The notes beneath the pieces are model-generated. The model was not told where the DNA came from and did not search any database. It saw nothing but the letters and a program-made list of their open reading frames with translations. From positions 3,878-67,877 of the forward strand of contig JAUSJG010000024.1 in NCBI GenBank assembly GCA_030647555.1: DNA of 64,000 nt, written 5' to 3'. This document shows, piece after piece, positions 9,120 through 17,823 of this stretch; the first letter of the stretch is position 1; the number at the start of each line of letters is the position of its first letter. Source of the DNA: a bacterium. GTDB lineage: Bacteria > Patescibacteriota > Andersenbacteria > UBA10190 > CAIZMI01. Position numbers and translations under genes: made by a program.

Positions 9120-10139
9120 TCATATTTTTACCAAATCGCGAACGGCTTGAGCAATTGTTTCTGAATCAATTCCGACTTTTTTTATTAAGTCTTGATAACT
9201 GCCTGATTCGCCAAATTGGCGTAATCCTAAACGGCGCAGTTTTCCGACATTGTTTTCCGCCATAACTTCCGCTACCGCCGAACCAAGACCTCCGTTAACA
9301 CTATGATCCTCCACTGTCACGACACGGCCGGTTTTTCGCGCGGATATTAAAAGTGTCATTTCGTCCAGTGGTTTGATTGTTGGTACCGCGATCACTTCCG
9401 CATCAATGTTTTCTTTCGCCAAATTTGCGACGGCCACTAACACTTCTGCAACTTGCGGACCCGTGGCCACAATAGAAACATCTTTCCCTTCCTTTAACAC
9501 ATTCGCTTTTCCAATCACAAACTCGGCATCAGTTTTTGTAACCTGCGCCGTAGGTTCACGATACAAACGCAAATAGACCGGCCCCGGATAATTTATCGCC
9601 ACCACCAAGGCTTTCTTTGCTTCGTTGTAATCGGAAGGATTAATAATCGTCATATTCGGCAACGCCCGCATATAAGCGATATCCTCCAGCGCGTGCGCCG
9701 ACCCGCCGTCTGGCGCGTTGCTAACTCCTCCATGAGAGCCAACTATTATGACGTGCAAGCCACTTGAAAAAGATGAACTGCTATCTTCAGGGCCTGCCCC
9801 GCGCTGCGCCCTTCCGTAGCCTTGCGCGGAGGAGGGAAGCTTTAGTGAAGTGGGGTTCTGACAAATTTGCAAACGAATGTGATCAAATGCCCGAGTAAGA
9901 AAAACTGCGAATGAACCCGCAACCGGAATGTACCCACCCAATGCTAACCCGGCCGCCACGCCGGCCATATTTGCCTCTGCCACACCAGTATCAATAAAAC
10001 GGTCAGGAAACTCTTCCATAATTTTTCCCATCTTCAAACTTTCTCCAAGATCTGCTGTAAGCGCAAAAATGCGCTCGTCTTTTTTCATTATTTCGTAAAG
10101 TGCCTCACCAAAAGCTTGTCGTGTAGAAAGAAGTTCCAT
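9120..10139 (-). CDS. Transketolase C-terminal subunit with a 32-aa in-frame insertion
   Basis: STRQAFG, GVAEANM, GSHGG...DGGSAHALED, GPVYLRL and VEDHSVNGGLGSAVAE motifs. Confidence 0.93.
   Translation of the reverse strand: MELLSTRQAFGEALYEIMKKDERIFALTADLGESLKMGKIMEEFPDRFIDTGVAEANMAGVAAGLALGGYIPVAGSFAVFLTRAFDHIRLQICQNPTSLKLPSSAQGYGRAQRGAGPEDSSSSFSSGLHVIIVGSHGGVSNAPDGGSAHALEDIAYMRALPNMTIINPSDYNEAKKALVVAINYPGPVYLRLYREPTAQVTKTDAEFVIGKANVLKEGKDVSIVATGPQVAEVLVAVANLAKENIDAEVIAVPTIKPLDEMTLLISARKTGRVVTVEDHSVNGGLGSAVAEVMAENNVGKLRRLGLRQFGESGSYQDLIKKVGIDSETIAQAVRDLVKI
9793..9855 (-). repeat. Nested AAAGCT-core palindromic element inside the transketolase ORF
   Basis: Minus strand CCCCACTTCACTAAAGCTTC[CCTCCTCCGCGCAAGGCTACGGAAGGGCGCAG]CGCGGGGCAGG; similar to intergenic copies at 40256 and 40699. 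Confidence 0.85.
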
Positions 10140-10144
10140 AAAAA

Positions 10145-11011
10145 TTATTTATCCATTAGTTCATTTTTTGCTTGCTCATACTGTTTTTCCGTTATTTTTC
10201 CGGCGTGCCAACTCGGATTGTTTTCCATAAACGACACACCTTTACCGCGCACTGTGTTTGCAATTATCGCAACCGAACGTCTATCGTCCTTTACATCCTC
10301 TACTTCCTTTAATGCTGACAAGATTTCGTCAAAATCATGCCCATTAATTTCCAGAACCCGCCAACCAAAAGCGCGATATTTTTCCGCCAGTGGATCAAGA
10401 CTTGGCATTACCTTGTTTGTCGCACCATCAATTTGCATCCCGTTTTTATCAATAATCGCAATTAAGTTATTTAGTTTTAATTTAGGCGCCAACATGATCG
10501 CCTCCCATGTTGATCCCTCCTCTTGCTCTCCATCACTCATCATGACATAGACTTTTTGGCCAGTATTCTTGAGGCGTGCGGCCTGCGCCAAACCAATCCC
10601 GACGGATAATCCTTGACCTAAACTGCCGGAACTAATTTCAATTCCGGGCAAAGAACCACGGTGCGGATGCCCCTGTGCACCGGCACCAAGTTGTCGTAAT
10701 TTTCCTAATTCTGTTTCCGCAAAATATCCAGCTTTCGCCAAAATAGCATAAAGCGCCGGGGCCGCATGGCCATTACTCATCAAAAAATAGTCGCGTTCAT
10801 TCCAGTCCGGCCTTGCTGAATCATATTTTAAAATCCCGCCGAAATAGAGTGCGGTAAGAATATCCATCGTGGAAAAAGTCGAGCCCGGATGACCAGATCC
10901 TGCTTTATAAAGCATTTCCAGTGCACTCAAACGCAACTCTCTGGAAACTTCAGCTAATTCAGCTGCGCTTTTGTCTTTTTGTGGTTCCATGATGTTGTTA
11001 TCATAGCTCAT
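10145..11011 (-). CDS. Transketolase N-terminal (ThDP-binding) subunit
   Basis: GSGHPG, SNGHAAP, QGHP, SGSLGQGL, SDGEQEEG and WHAGK motifs. Confidence 0.95.
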   Translation of the reverse strand: MSYDNNIMEPQKDKSAAELAEVSRELRLSALEMLYKAGSGHPGSTFSTMDILTALYFGGILKYDSARPDWNERDYFLMSNGHAAPALYAILAKAGYFAETELGKLRQLGAGAQGHPHRGSLPGIEISSGSLGQGLSVGIGLAQAARLKNTGQKVYVMMSDGEQEEGSTWEAIMLAPKLKLNNLIAIIDKNGMQIDGATNKVMPSLDPLAEKYRAFGWRVLEINGHDFDEILSALKEVEDVKDDRRSVAIIANTVRGKGVSFMENNPSWHAGKITEKQYEQAKNELMDK

Positions 11012-11029
11012 TCAGTGCATCCCCGTCAT

Positions 11030-14000
11030 TTATCCCCGTCTCATCCCCACCTCGAAGGCCAACGCCCGTGTCGTCGTCTTGATCACCAACTGATTCGCCT
11101 GATAAGGAAGATACCCTTCTTTGGTAACGGTAAGGTTATATTTCCCGGGGGTAGTAAGGAGCATAAACTTGCCGGTGTCGGTAGTGGCTTTGGTGGTAAG
11201 GAGACGATTGGTGGTTGCGTCATAGAGACGGATGATCGCCAGTCCGATGCCTTCGGATGTTTCTTTGTCTGTCACAAGTCCCAGTGTTTGTTTGAACTTG
11301 TTTTTGATGATGATTTTGATCGTGGCAATGATGAGGTAGATAAAGAAGATAACGATGGAAGTGATTGATTTGGTACTGAAGAAGACGAAGGTGTTGATGG
11401 TGAAACCGAGCAGAATAACCGGCCAGGAGATGGCATTGAAGAAGGTTTCCAGATGGCTTAATCCTTTGAGCAGTTGCTGTTTGAGTTTGGAAGGAAGATC
11501 GGTGATCGGTTTGAGGGCAAGGACAAGGGCGATGACGGCTTCCGCTTTCACGGTGATGGCGGATCCAATGTAACGTTGTTCGGATTTGTTTGTCGCAAAG
11601 GATGATTGCTCGGTTGTTAATGTGTAGCCTTGGTTCACAATCCGGAAGAGATACTGTCCGGCCGGTAAGAAGGAAGCAAAGTAACCTTCTTTGTCGGTGT
11701 ACTCCTGGGCTTTCACTTTGCCACCGGTGGCATCGATAATTAAGACAAGGGTTCTCGCTACTCCCGTACCGGTATAGAAATTAATCACTCTGCCCCAGCT
11801 TCTGCGCTTCTTGCCGATGGAGAAGATACCGGAGAAGAGATGGAGGAGGTATTGGAAGAGATACGGTAGGCTTTCAAATAAGCCGATGATACTGGAGACG
11901 GCAGAAAGGGCGGCGAGAACGGTAAGAACGGCGAGACCGGTGGTTGCCGCGTCCAGGATGCGGATATTTTTGTCCTGCATGAGGAAGCCGAAGAGACCTT
12001 TGAGCGGATTAAAATAAATTTCGGGAAGAGGCGGGAAGACAGTGGCGGGAAAGGGACTGGGGATAAGCTTTTTTATCAGGTCCGAAAGATTCGGAATGGT
12101 GATCAGTGGAGCAAGCGGGGTGGCGGCAGGAGTAGACCTTGGCGTCGGATATGTTATACCGACATTATTATTTCCACTGCCACTTGTTTCTGTTGTGGTG
12201 GTGGTTGGTGTCGACGTTGAAGTCGGCGTGGCTGGTGTTGTCAATGTTGTCTTCTTGGTCAGTTCCAGTGTCTTCTCGTTGCCATACATATCAGAGGCTT
12301 TGAGAATAAAGTAGTAGCCGGTAGCGGAGAGGAGATCGGTGACGGTGGTTTCTTTGGTGTCTTTGATAAGCAAGTTCTTGTCCGAGACACTGTTCCAACT
12401 GTCGTTACACTTCTTGGCGTTGCTTAAGGTTAGTCCCAGACAAATCTCATACTCGCGGAAGTTTGCTTCACCGTTGGGTGTACCCCAACTAAAGGAAACT
12501 TGGTTGTCTTTGATTGTTGTGGTGTTGAAGCCGGTGATTTGGGGGGCTCTTCCGTCATAGGCAAAGGAATCAGATGTATTTATCTCTCCGTCGGTGATGC
12601 CGTCGTACGGGGTAACTCTAAGGTAGACGCTTCCCAGTTCGGTTTCTTCCAGATCCTTGAAAGCGTCCCAGGTAACGATGAGATTGTTACTGCCTTCATC
12701 AGTATTGATAGAACTTAATTGTCTTAGATTGTCATTATTAAAGTCCGGTGTTCCACGTGTTCCTTCCACCTTCTTCACGGTGACTTTGGACCAATCTTTA
12801 TTGTTTTTGGAGTACTCTAGTTTAAGACTGGTCTTTTGCAGATCACTGTCTGACACAGAGACTTTGAAAGAGACATAGTTGGTGCCGTCGGTCGATTCTT
12901 TAATCTCGGTAATATCGGTGGAGACGGGAGCGACGTTATCGGGAGTGAGATTGATAATGTATGTTTCTGTCATCACTGCCGATTCATTAGTGGCCGTGTC
13001 TACCGCCATTACTTTGAGGGTCAGAGAGGAAGTGATACTGATGGCGCCGGCATAAAGCGTGGAACTTGTTGTTGGAATATCTCCGTTGGTTGTGTAGTAG
13101 ATGGCGCTACTGCCGGCGGAGGTAAGAGTGACGGATTGTGCTGCAGTGTATGTGCCTCCAATGGGGGTGGCAGATGGGACATCCGGATTGGTTTTATCGT
13201 ATTTGATAATGAAGGTGCGTTCAGTTCCCCAAGTGCCCGCGCCGTTTTTCGGTCTGACGTGGAAGTAATTGGTGCCTTCAGTAATGGTGATACTGTCTAT
13301 GTATGGATTGGCTGTGGTTGATTCGTCACCTGTGATGGTGCTTCCTGAACTGGCGTTGAGTTCGTAGTAGAACGTGTCGTCGGAGACGGATGAAGGATCT
13401 GTCCATGAGAATGATACTTGATCGTCTGATCCTGTGTTTGAGTATTTAAACCAAGTGTTGGAGGTGAGTGATGTTCTGTCTCCTGAACTGGCGCCGGCAT
13501 CGATTGCGACGATGTCGGGGATGGTGGTGTCTAAGATGAAGCTCCCCATACTTGTCCAAGCTGATTGTGCTACTCCATCATCATTTTGAGCACACCAGTA
13601 ATAGGTGGCGTCACTGCCAATTGAAGAACCCGGAGTCCATGATGTATTTTCATTATTTGTAACAGTTGTTGATGATGTTCCACTGGCTACTGTTGTACCT
13701 CCTGTGCAATTTACTGAACTGGTGGCAATTCGATAATTAGTGGTGCCTACATCTCCTGTGTCTGAATCAGAATAGCTGGCAGATAAAGTTGGAGTGGAAT
13801 CTGCTGTGTTTGAACTATTGGCAGGAGAAACTAAAACTGGAATACTTGGCGTAACATTAAAACCTGCCCAGTTCAAATTGTTACCCGAATTTACAGTATT
13901 TGTGTTTGCAATTTCACGCCCTAGTGATGCATCTGAATCTTTTACATCTACATAATCAACTGCAAATGTAGTGCTAGTATTTGAAACATTAAGTCCCCAT

Positions 14001-17000
14001 TTTGGATCTCCTGCTGTGAGTGTTCCGCTGGCATCACAACCTCGAAGCGTTAAAATTTTTGCCAAGCCACCTTTCAAGGTAAGTGTTCCACTAGCTGCTA
14101 TTGCTTGTGTGTTGCTTTGTTGAAAGTATAATGAGTCTGCTGAGGCTGCGGAAATATCTTTTGTAAGGTTGTAGAAAGTGTTGGTGCCTAATACTTTTTG
14201 GTCTGTGCCATTGAGGGTGACTGTGCCTGTGCCGGGAGTGAAGGAAGCGGAGTTGGTCCAGTTGCCGGCCAGGGTGATGTTTTGATTGTTGGCGTCTAAC
14301 GTACCGGCGCTGTTGGTGAGGTTGCCGGCGAGGGTGAGGTTGGTTATTACTGCGCCGGATTGAGTTAAGTATCGAATAATAACAATACCGGAACCGCCCT
14401 TACCGCCAGTAAAAGTACCACGACAACCACCTCCGCCTCCACCCGTGTTATCTGTACCTATATTACCATTGGCCGACGCATTATTACCGTTACCACCTCC
14501 AGCTGTGGCTGTACCCGGAGTACCACTATTATAGGTAGCACCACCTCCTCCACCACCAATCCAGCGAGTTCCACCAACATCAACACCGGCATTAGCAGCA
14601 ATCAAAAGTGAAGAATAAGTACTTACACCTGCTCCACCATTACCAGCGATGCCTCCAGTTGCACCTGGTGAACCTACTGCACCAGCACCTCCACCGCCAC
14701 CCCCAGGATAAGGAGAAACAATACTGCCCGTAGCTCCACCATCATACCCCTGTCTTGGTGATAAATAATCAGCGTCACCGCCTAACCTGCTACCAGCCCC
14801 TGATGACTGACCACCTCCACCGCCAGAACCACCCGCACTACCACTTTGTCCATCGTAACCACCCCCACCGCCACCACCTACTGCTGTTATTGTATCAAAT
14901 GTAGAGTTTACGCCGTTAACACCATTGCCATTGCTAGGTGCAACAATAGCACCATTTCCACCAGTACCGATAGCAACAGCATGAGCCCTTTCGGTCACTG
15001 CAAAAGTTGCATTGTATACTATACCTCCAGCACCTCCGCCGCCTCCAGCACCTCCGCCGCCTCCAGCTATTACAAGAGCCTCAACAGTAGAAATACTTGC
15101 GGAAGGCGTGAATGTTCCATCTGTTGTAAAAGTGTGAATTGTATAACCACCACTATACGTAATTGTTCCGCCGGTTCCGTCTGACAATGGAATTGCATTT
15201 ACGGTTAGCGTTCCTGCTCCGGAGTGAGTTATATTATTAAAAGTTCCCGTCGCCACAATTGTCTGTGCCGAACCACTATTAAAATCAACTGTACCCGAAT
15301 TATGAGTAAATGTTGAATTTAGTTGACTATAATTTCCCCCGACAATCAAACTACCTTTTGTAGAAGTGAAAGTACCGCCGGATAATGTGACATTTCCCGT
15401 ACTGGTGATATTGGCCGGGGTACCTGCGGTTGAATCGCCGGTAAATGTTCCACCGGATTGTGTGATTGAAGCGGTTGATATTGCGTTGTTACCTTGCACT
15501 AAGGTGCCATTAGTAATTGTTAGTGCGTTTGTTGTTGTTAAGGCGTCTTGCGTTGTCCATACGCCACCGACTCCGTTAACTGTAAGGTTGTAGAAAGGAG
15601 AGCTTCCGCTGGTGATTGTTTTTCCTATAGCTGTGCCATCTAAAGTTACAGTGCTTGTACCAGGTGTATAGGTACCACCATTTTTAAGCCAACTACCCGC
15701 CACTGTGCTGTTATAATTGGCGGTATTAAAAATACCATTTGTTAATGTGAAGTCTCCACCAAGATCAAGGGCTGTTGTTTGATTAAAGGTTGCACCTGAT
15801 CCGTTAATTGTTAGTCCTCCGTAGCCATAATTCTTTAGGTTGTATGGACCAGTTGTACCGTCATAGGTAACAGTGGTGCCTGATGTGAATGATGGGTAGT
15901 TGGTGTTGGCGGTGATCGTTTCTCCACCTTGTAACTGGAGATTACCTGTGCCGTTAACAACCAGCGTACCTGATGAGCCGTTGACGGTAAGGTTTTGACC
16001 GTTGAGATCAAAGGTGCCTGCTTGAATGGTGAGATCCTGACTGGCAGCGTCCATTACGAGCGCCGATAGCAAATTTACTTGGCCGCCGGATTTGTTAACG
16101 GTGATATCAGCATCAAATAGACCAGTAGCGCCCGTAAGATCAAAAGTTTGAACCGCAGAACCGGAAAAAAGCATTGGAGAAGTACCACCATCAAAAGTGG
16201 AGGCGACCACAACATTCCCTTGAGGGTTAAAAGTGCCGGTGTTAACAATGCCTTCGGTTAAAGTTAAGGTATTTGTTGTAACAAGAGTATCTCCACTGGC
16301 AATAATAATTGTATTCGCACTCCATCCGGCAAATGTTATATTATAAAATGTTTCCGATGTTGCGACATCAATGGTGTAGTTCTTATAAGCAAACGTTACG
16401 GTTCCTGTGCCTTCGTTGAAGGTGCCCGCGGACTTGGTGAAACCGCCGGAGATAGTTAAAGAAGGAGGAGCAATGAATGTTCCTGAGGCTTGCGTAAAGC
16501 CTCCTAAATCAATAGTGACTGCGTATGGACCAGATCCATTACCGTTGTAATTAAATGGCACAGCATTGCTGTCTATTGGATCGGTGGTATCAAAATTTGA
16601 TGTAATTTCAAGACCATAAAGAGTACTTGCTGCATTAAATACTACAAAGTCGTTGGCGTCACTGGCGTCATCAAAGCGTAAGTTCGGACCAGTCCCTCCA
16701 TTAATTGTATAAGTTTGTACTACTGCGTTATCACCAAAATCAATGGTGGCAGTTCCTCCGTCAAAAGTTGAAGCTTGAGTTATATTTCCTCTGGCATCAA
16801 TAGTGCCGGTATCAACATAGCCATCGGTTAAAGTTAAGGTACCTGCGACAACCATCGTATCACCGGAAGTAATGGTAAGAATACTTCCTCCAGCGGTCAG
16901 GTTTATTGTTACGTTGTTAAATGTTTCTGTGGTGGCAACGTTATAAGAATTAGTTATTCCTGTAAATGTTATTAGTCCTGTGCCCTCTACAAATGTCCCC

Positions 17001-17449
17001 GCGGTTTTAGTGAAACCACTTGCAATGGTTAAGTTTTCTGTGGCTTGATAAGTTCCATCGGCTTGCGTGTATGTACCTATGGCAATGGCTACGCCCCCCG
17101 TTTGAGTGATTGTTCCAACATAGCCTGTATTGATAGTTAATGATGCGTCTCCTAAAGTACTGTTAATATTTGCTCCATTGTCACAGTCGGCATCAAAGAT
17201 AGCTGTGTCTCCAGCTGTTGGCGCAGCACTGGCATCACCGCTTCCACAACCTGCGGGATCGGTGGTTTTCCAATTTGTGGCGATAGAGGTATTAGCTCCA
17301 TCGGCTCCTACCCAATACTTGTTAGCGGCGGAAGCGGATTTTACTGATAAGAACAAGAAAAGACATAACGAAAGGAGCGTTAATGAGAAGATTGTTTTTA
17401 GGCTTTTGTTTGCTATTAAAAGCTTTAATGTTGATGTCAGGTTGAACAC
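11030..17449 (-). CDS. Giant multidomain surface protein (2139 aa)
   Basis: Signal peptide; G/T/N-rich beta-helix-like repeats; Gly-rich module; Ig/FN3-like domains; IYYTTNGDIPT chitobiase-C-like domain; T/P linker; TM helices; two carboxypeptidase-regulatory-like domains. Confidence 0.85.
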   Translation of the reverse strand: MFNLTSTLKLLIANKSLKTIFSLTLLSLCLFLFLSVKSASAANKYWVGADGANTSIATNWKTTDPAGCGSGDASAAPTAGDTAIFDADCDNGANINSTLGDASLTINTGYVGTITQTGGVAIAIGTYTQADGTYQATENLTIASGFTKTAGTFVEGTGLITFTGITNSYNVATTETFNNVTINLTAGGSILTITSGDTMVVAGTLTLTDGYVDTGTIDARGNITQASTFDGGTATIDFGDNAVVQTYTINGGTGPNLRFDDASDANDFVVFNAASTLYGLEITSNFDTTDPIDSNAVPFNYNGNGSGPYAVTIDLGGFTQASGTFIAPPSLTISGGFTKSAGTFNEGTGTVTFAYKNYTIDVATSETFYNITFAGWSANTIIIASGDTLVTTNTLTLTEGIVNTGTFNPQGNVVVASTFDGGTSPMLFSGSAVQTFDLTGATGLFDADITVNKSGGQVNLLSALVMDAASQDLTIQAGTFDLNGQNLTVNGSSGTLVVNGTGNLQLQGGETITANTNYPSFTSGTTVTYDGTTGPYNLKNYGYGGLTINGSGATFNQTTALDLGGDFTLTNGIFNTANYNSTVAGSWLKNGGTYTPGTSTVTLDGTAIGKTITSGSSPFYNLTVNGVGGVWTTQDALTTTNALTITNGTLVQGNNAISTASITQSGGTFTGDSTAGTPANITSTGNVTLSGGTFTSTKGSLIVGGNYSQLNSTFTHNSGTVDFNSGSAQTIVATGTFNNITHSGAGTLTVNAIPLSDGTGGTITYSGGYTIHTFTTDGTFTPSASISTVEALVIAGGGGGAGGGGGAGGIVYNATFAVTERAHAVAIGTGGNGAIVAPSNGNGVNGVNSTFDTITAVGGGGGGGYDGQSGSAGGSGGGGGQSSGAGSRLGGDADYLSPRQGYDGGATGSIVSPYPGGGGGGAGAVGSPGATGGIAGNGGAGVSTYSSLLIAANAGVDVGGTRWIGGGGGGATYNSGTPGTATAGGGNGNNASANGNIGTDNTGGGGGGCRGTFTGGKGGSGIVIIRYLTQSGAVITNLTLAGNLTNSAGTLDANNQNITLAGNWTNSASFTPGTGTVTLNGTDQKVLGTNTFYNLTKDISAASADSLYFQQSNTQAIAASGTLTLKGGLAKILTLRGCDASGTLTAGDPKWGLNVSNTSTTFAVDYVDVKDSDASLGREIANTNTVNSGNNLNWAGFNVTPSIPVLVSPANSSNTADSTPTLSASYSDSDTGDVGTTNYRIATSSVNCTGGTTVASGTSSTTVTNNENTSWTPGSSIGSDATYYWCAQNDDGVAQSAWTSMGSFILDTTIPDIVAIDAGASSGDRTSLTSNTWFKYSNTGSDDQVSFSWTDPSSVSDDTFYYELNASSGSTITGDESTTANPYIDSITITEGTNYFHVRPKNGAGTWGTERTFIIKYDKTNPDVPSATPIGGTYTAAQSVTLTSAGSSAIYYTTNGDIPTTSSTLYAGAISITSSLTLKVMAVDTATNESAVMTETYIINLTPDNVAPVSTDITEIKESTDGTNYVSFKVSVSDSDLQKTSLKLEYSKNNKDWSKVTVKKVEGTRGTPDFNNDNLRQLSSINTDEGSNNLIVTWDAFKDLEETELGSVYLRVTPYDGITDGEINTSDSFAYDGRAPQITGFNTTTIKDNQVSFSWGTPNGEANFREYEICLGLTLSNAKKCNDSWNSVSDKNLLIKDTKETTVTDLLSATGYYFILKASDMYGNEKTLELTKKTTLTTPATPTSTSTPTTTTTETSGSGNNNVGITYPTPRSTPAATPLAPLITIPNLSDLIKKLIPSPFPATVFPPLPEIYFNPLKGLFGFLMQDKNIRILDAATTGLAVLTVLAALSAVSSIIGLFESLPYLFQYLLHLFSGIFSIGKKRRSWGRVINFYTGTGVARTLVLIIDATGGKVKAQEYTDKEGYFASFLPAGQYLFRIVNQGYTLTTEQSSFATNKSEQRYIGSAITVKAEAVIALVLALKPITDLPSKLKQQLLKGLSHLETFFNAISWPVILLGFTINTFVFFSTKSITSIVIFFIYLIIATIKIIIKNKFKQTLGLVTDKETSEGIGLAIIRLYDATTNRLLTTKATTDTGKFMLLTTPGKYNLTVTKEGYLPYQANQLVIKTTTRALAFEVGMRRG

Positions 17450-17764
17450 TAGTAATGCATGATAATTCTAGCAGAAAAAAACCATCTTACCCACTGTGTC
17501 AAAGGTTACTTTCTTTATTTTTATCCAGGCATATGTTGACAGTGCTCCAGCAGAAGCAATTCAAAGACGGAGCAACAGGTTCTTTAACCTAATTCACTTT
17601 AATAATTTAAACGAGGGAGTCGATAGAAACTTGGGGGGATCTGTTTACTCTCTCACCAAACGCAAGAGGGCTTTACTGCCCTTTTGTTGCGTTATAATTG
17701 TAAGTTGAATAAATAGCCATTTACTGCTAATATTACCTTAGGCGACGGGAGGGTACGTTTGCCC

Positions 17765-17778
17765 GCTCTATTGAAAAC
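17765..17778 (+). promoter_or_regulatory. boxA-like motif in the purL leader
   Basis: GCTCTATTGAAAAC(CGAATA) resembles rRNA-leader boxA. Confidence 0.35.
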
Positions 17779-17823
17779 CGAATAAATTCAGAACTTGTCA
17801 CAACAACGCGAAAGGAACGAAAA

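Noticed and set aside
8987-9265. 92-aa plus-strand ORF
   Set aside because: TTG start, runs through a hairpin and overlaps the transketolase end; no motifs.
17720-17823. Purine, ZTP or PRPP riboswitch upstream of purL
   Set aside because: No recognisable aptamer consensus by eye; only a short hairpin and a boxA-like motif.
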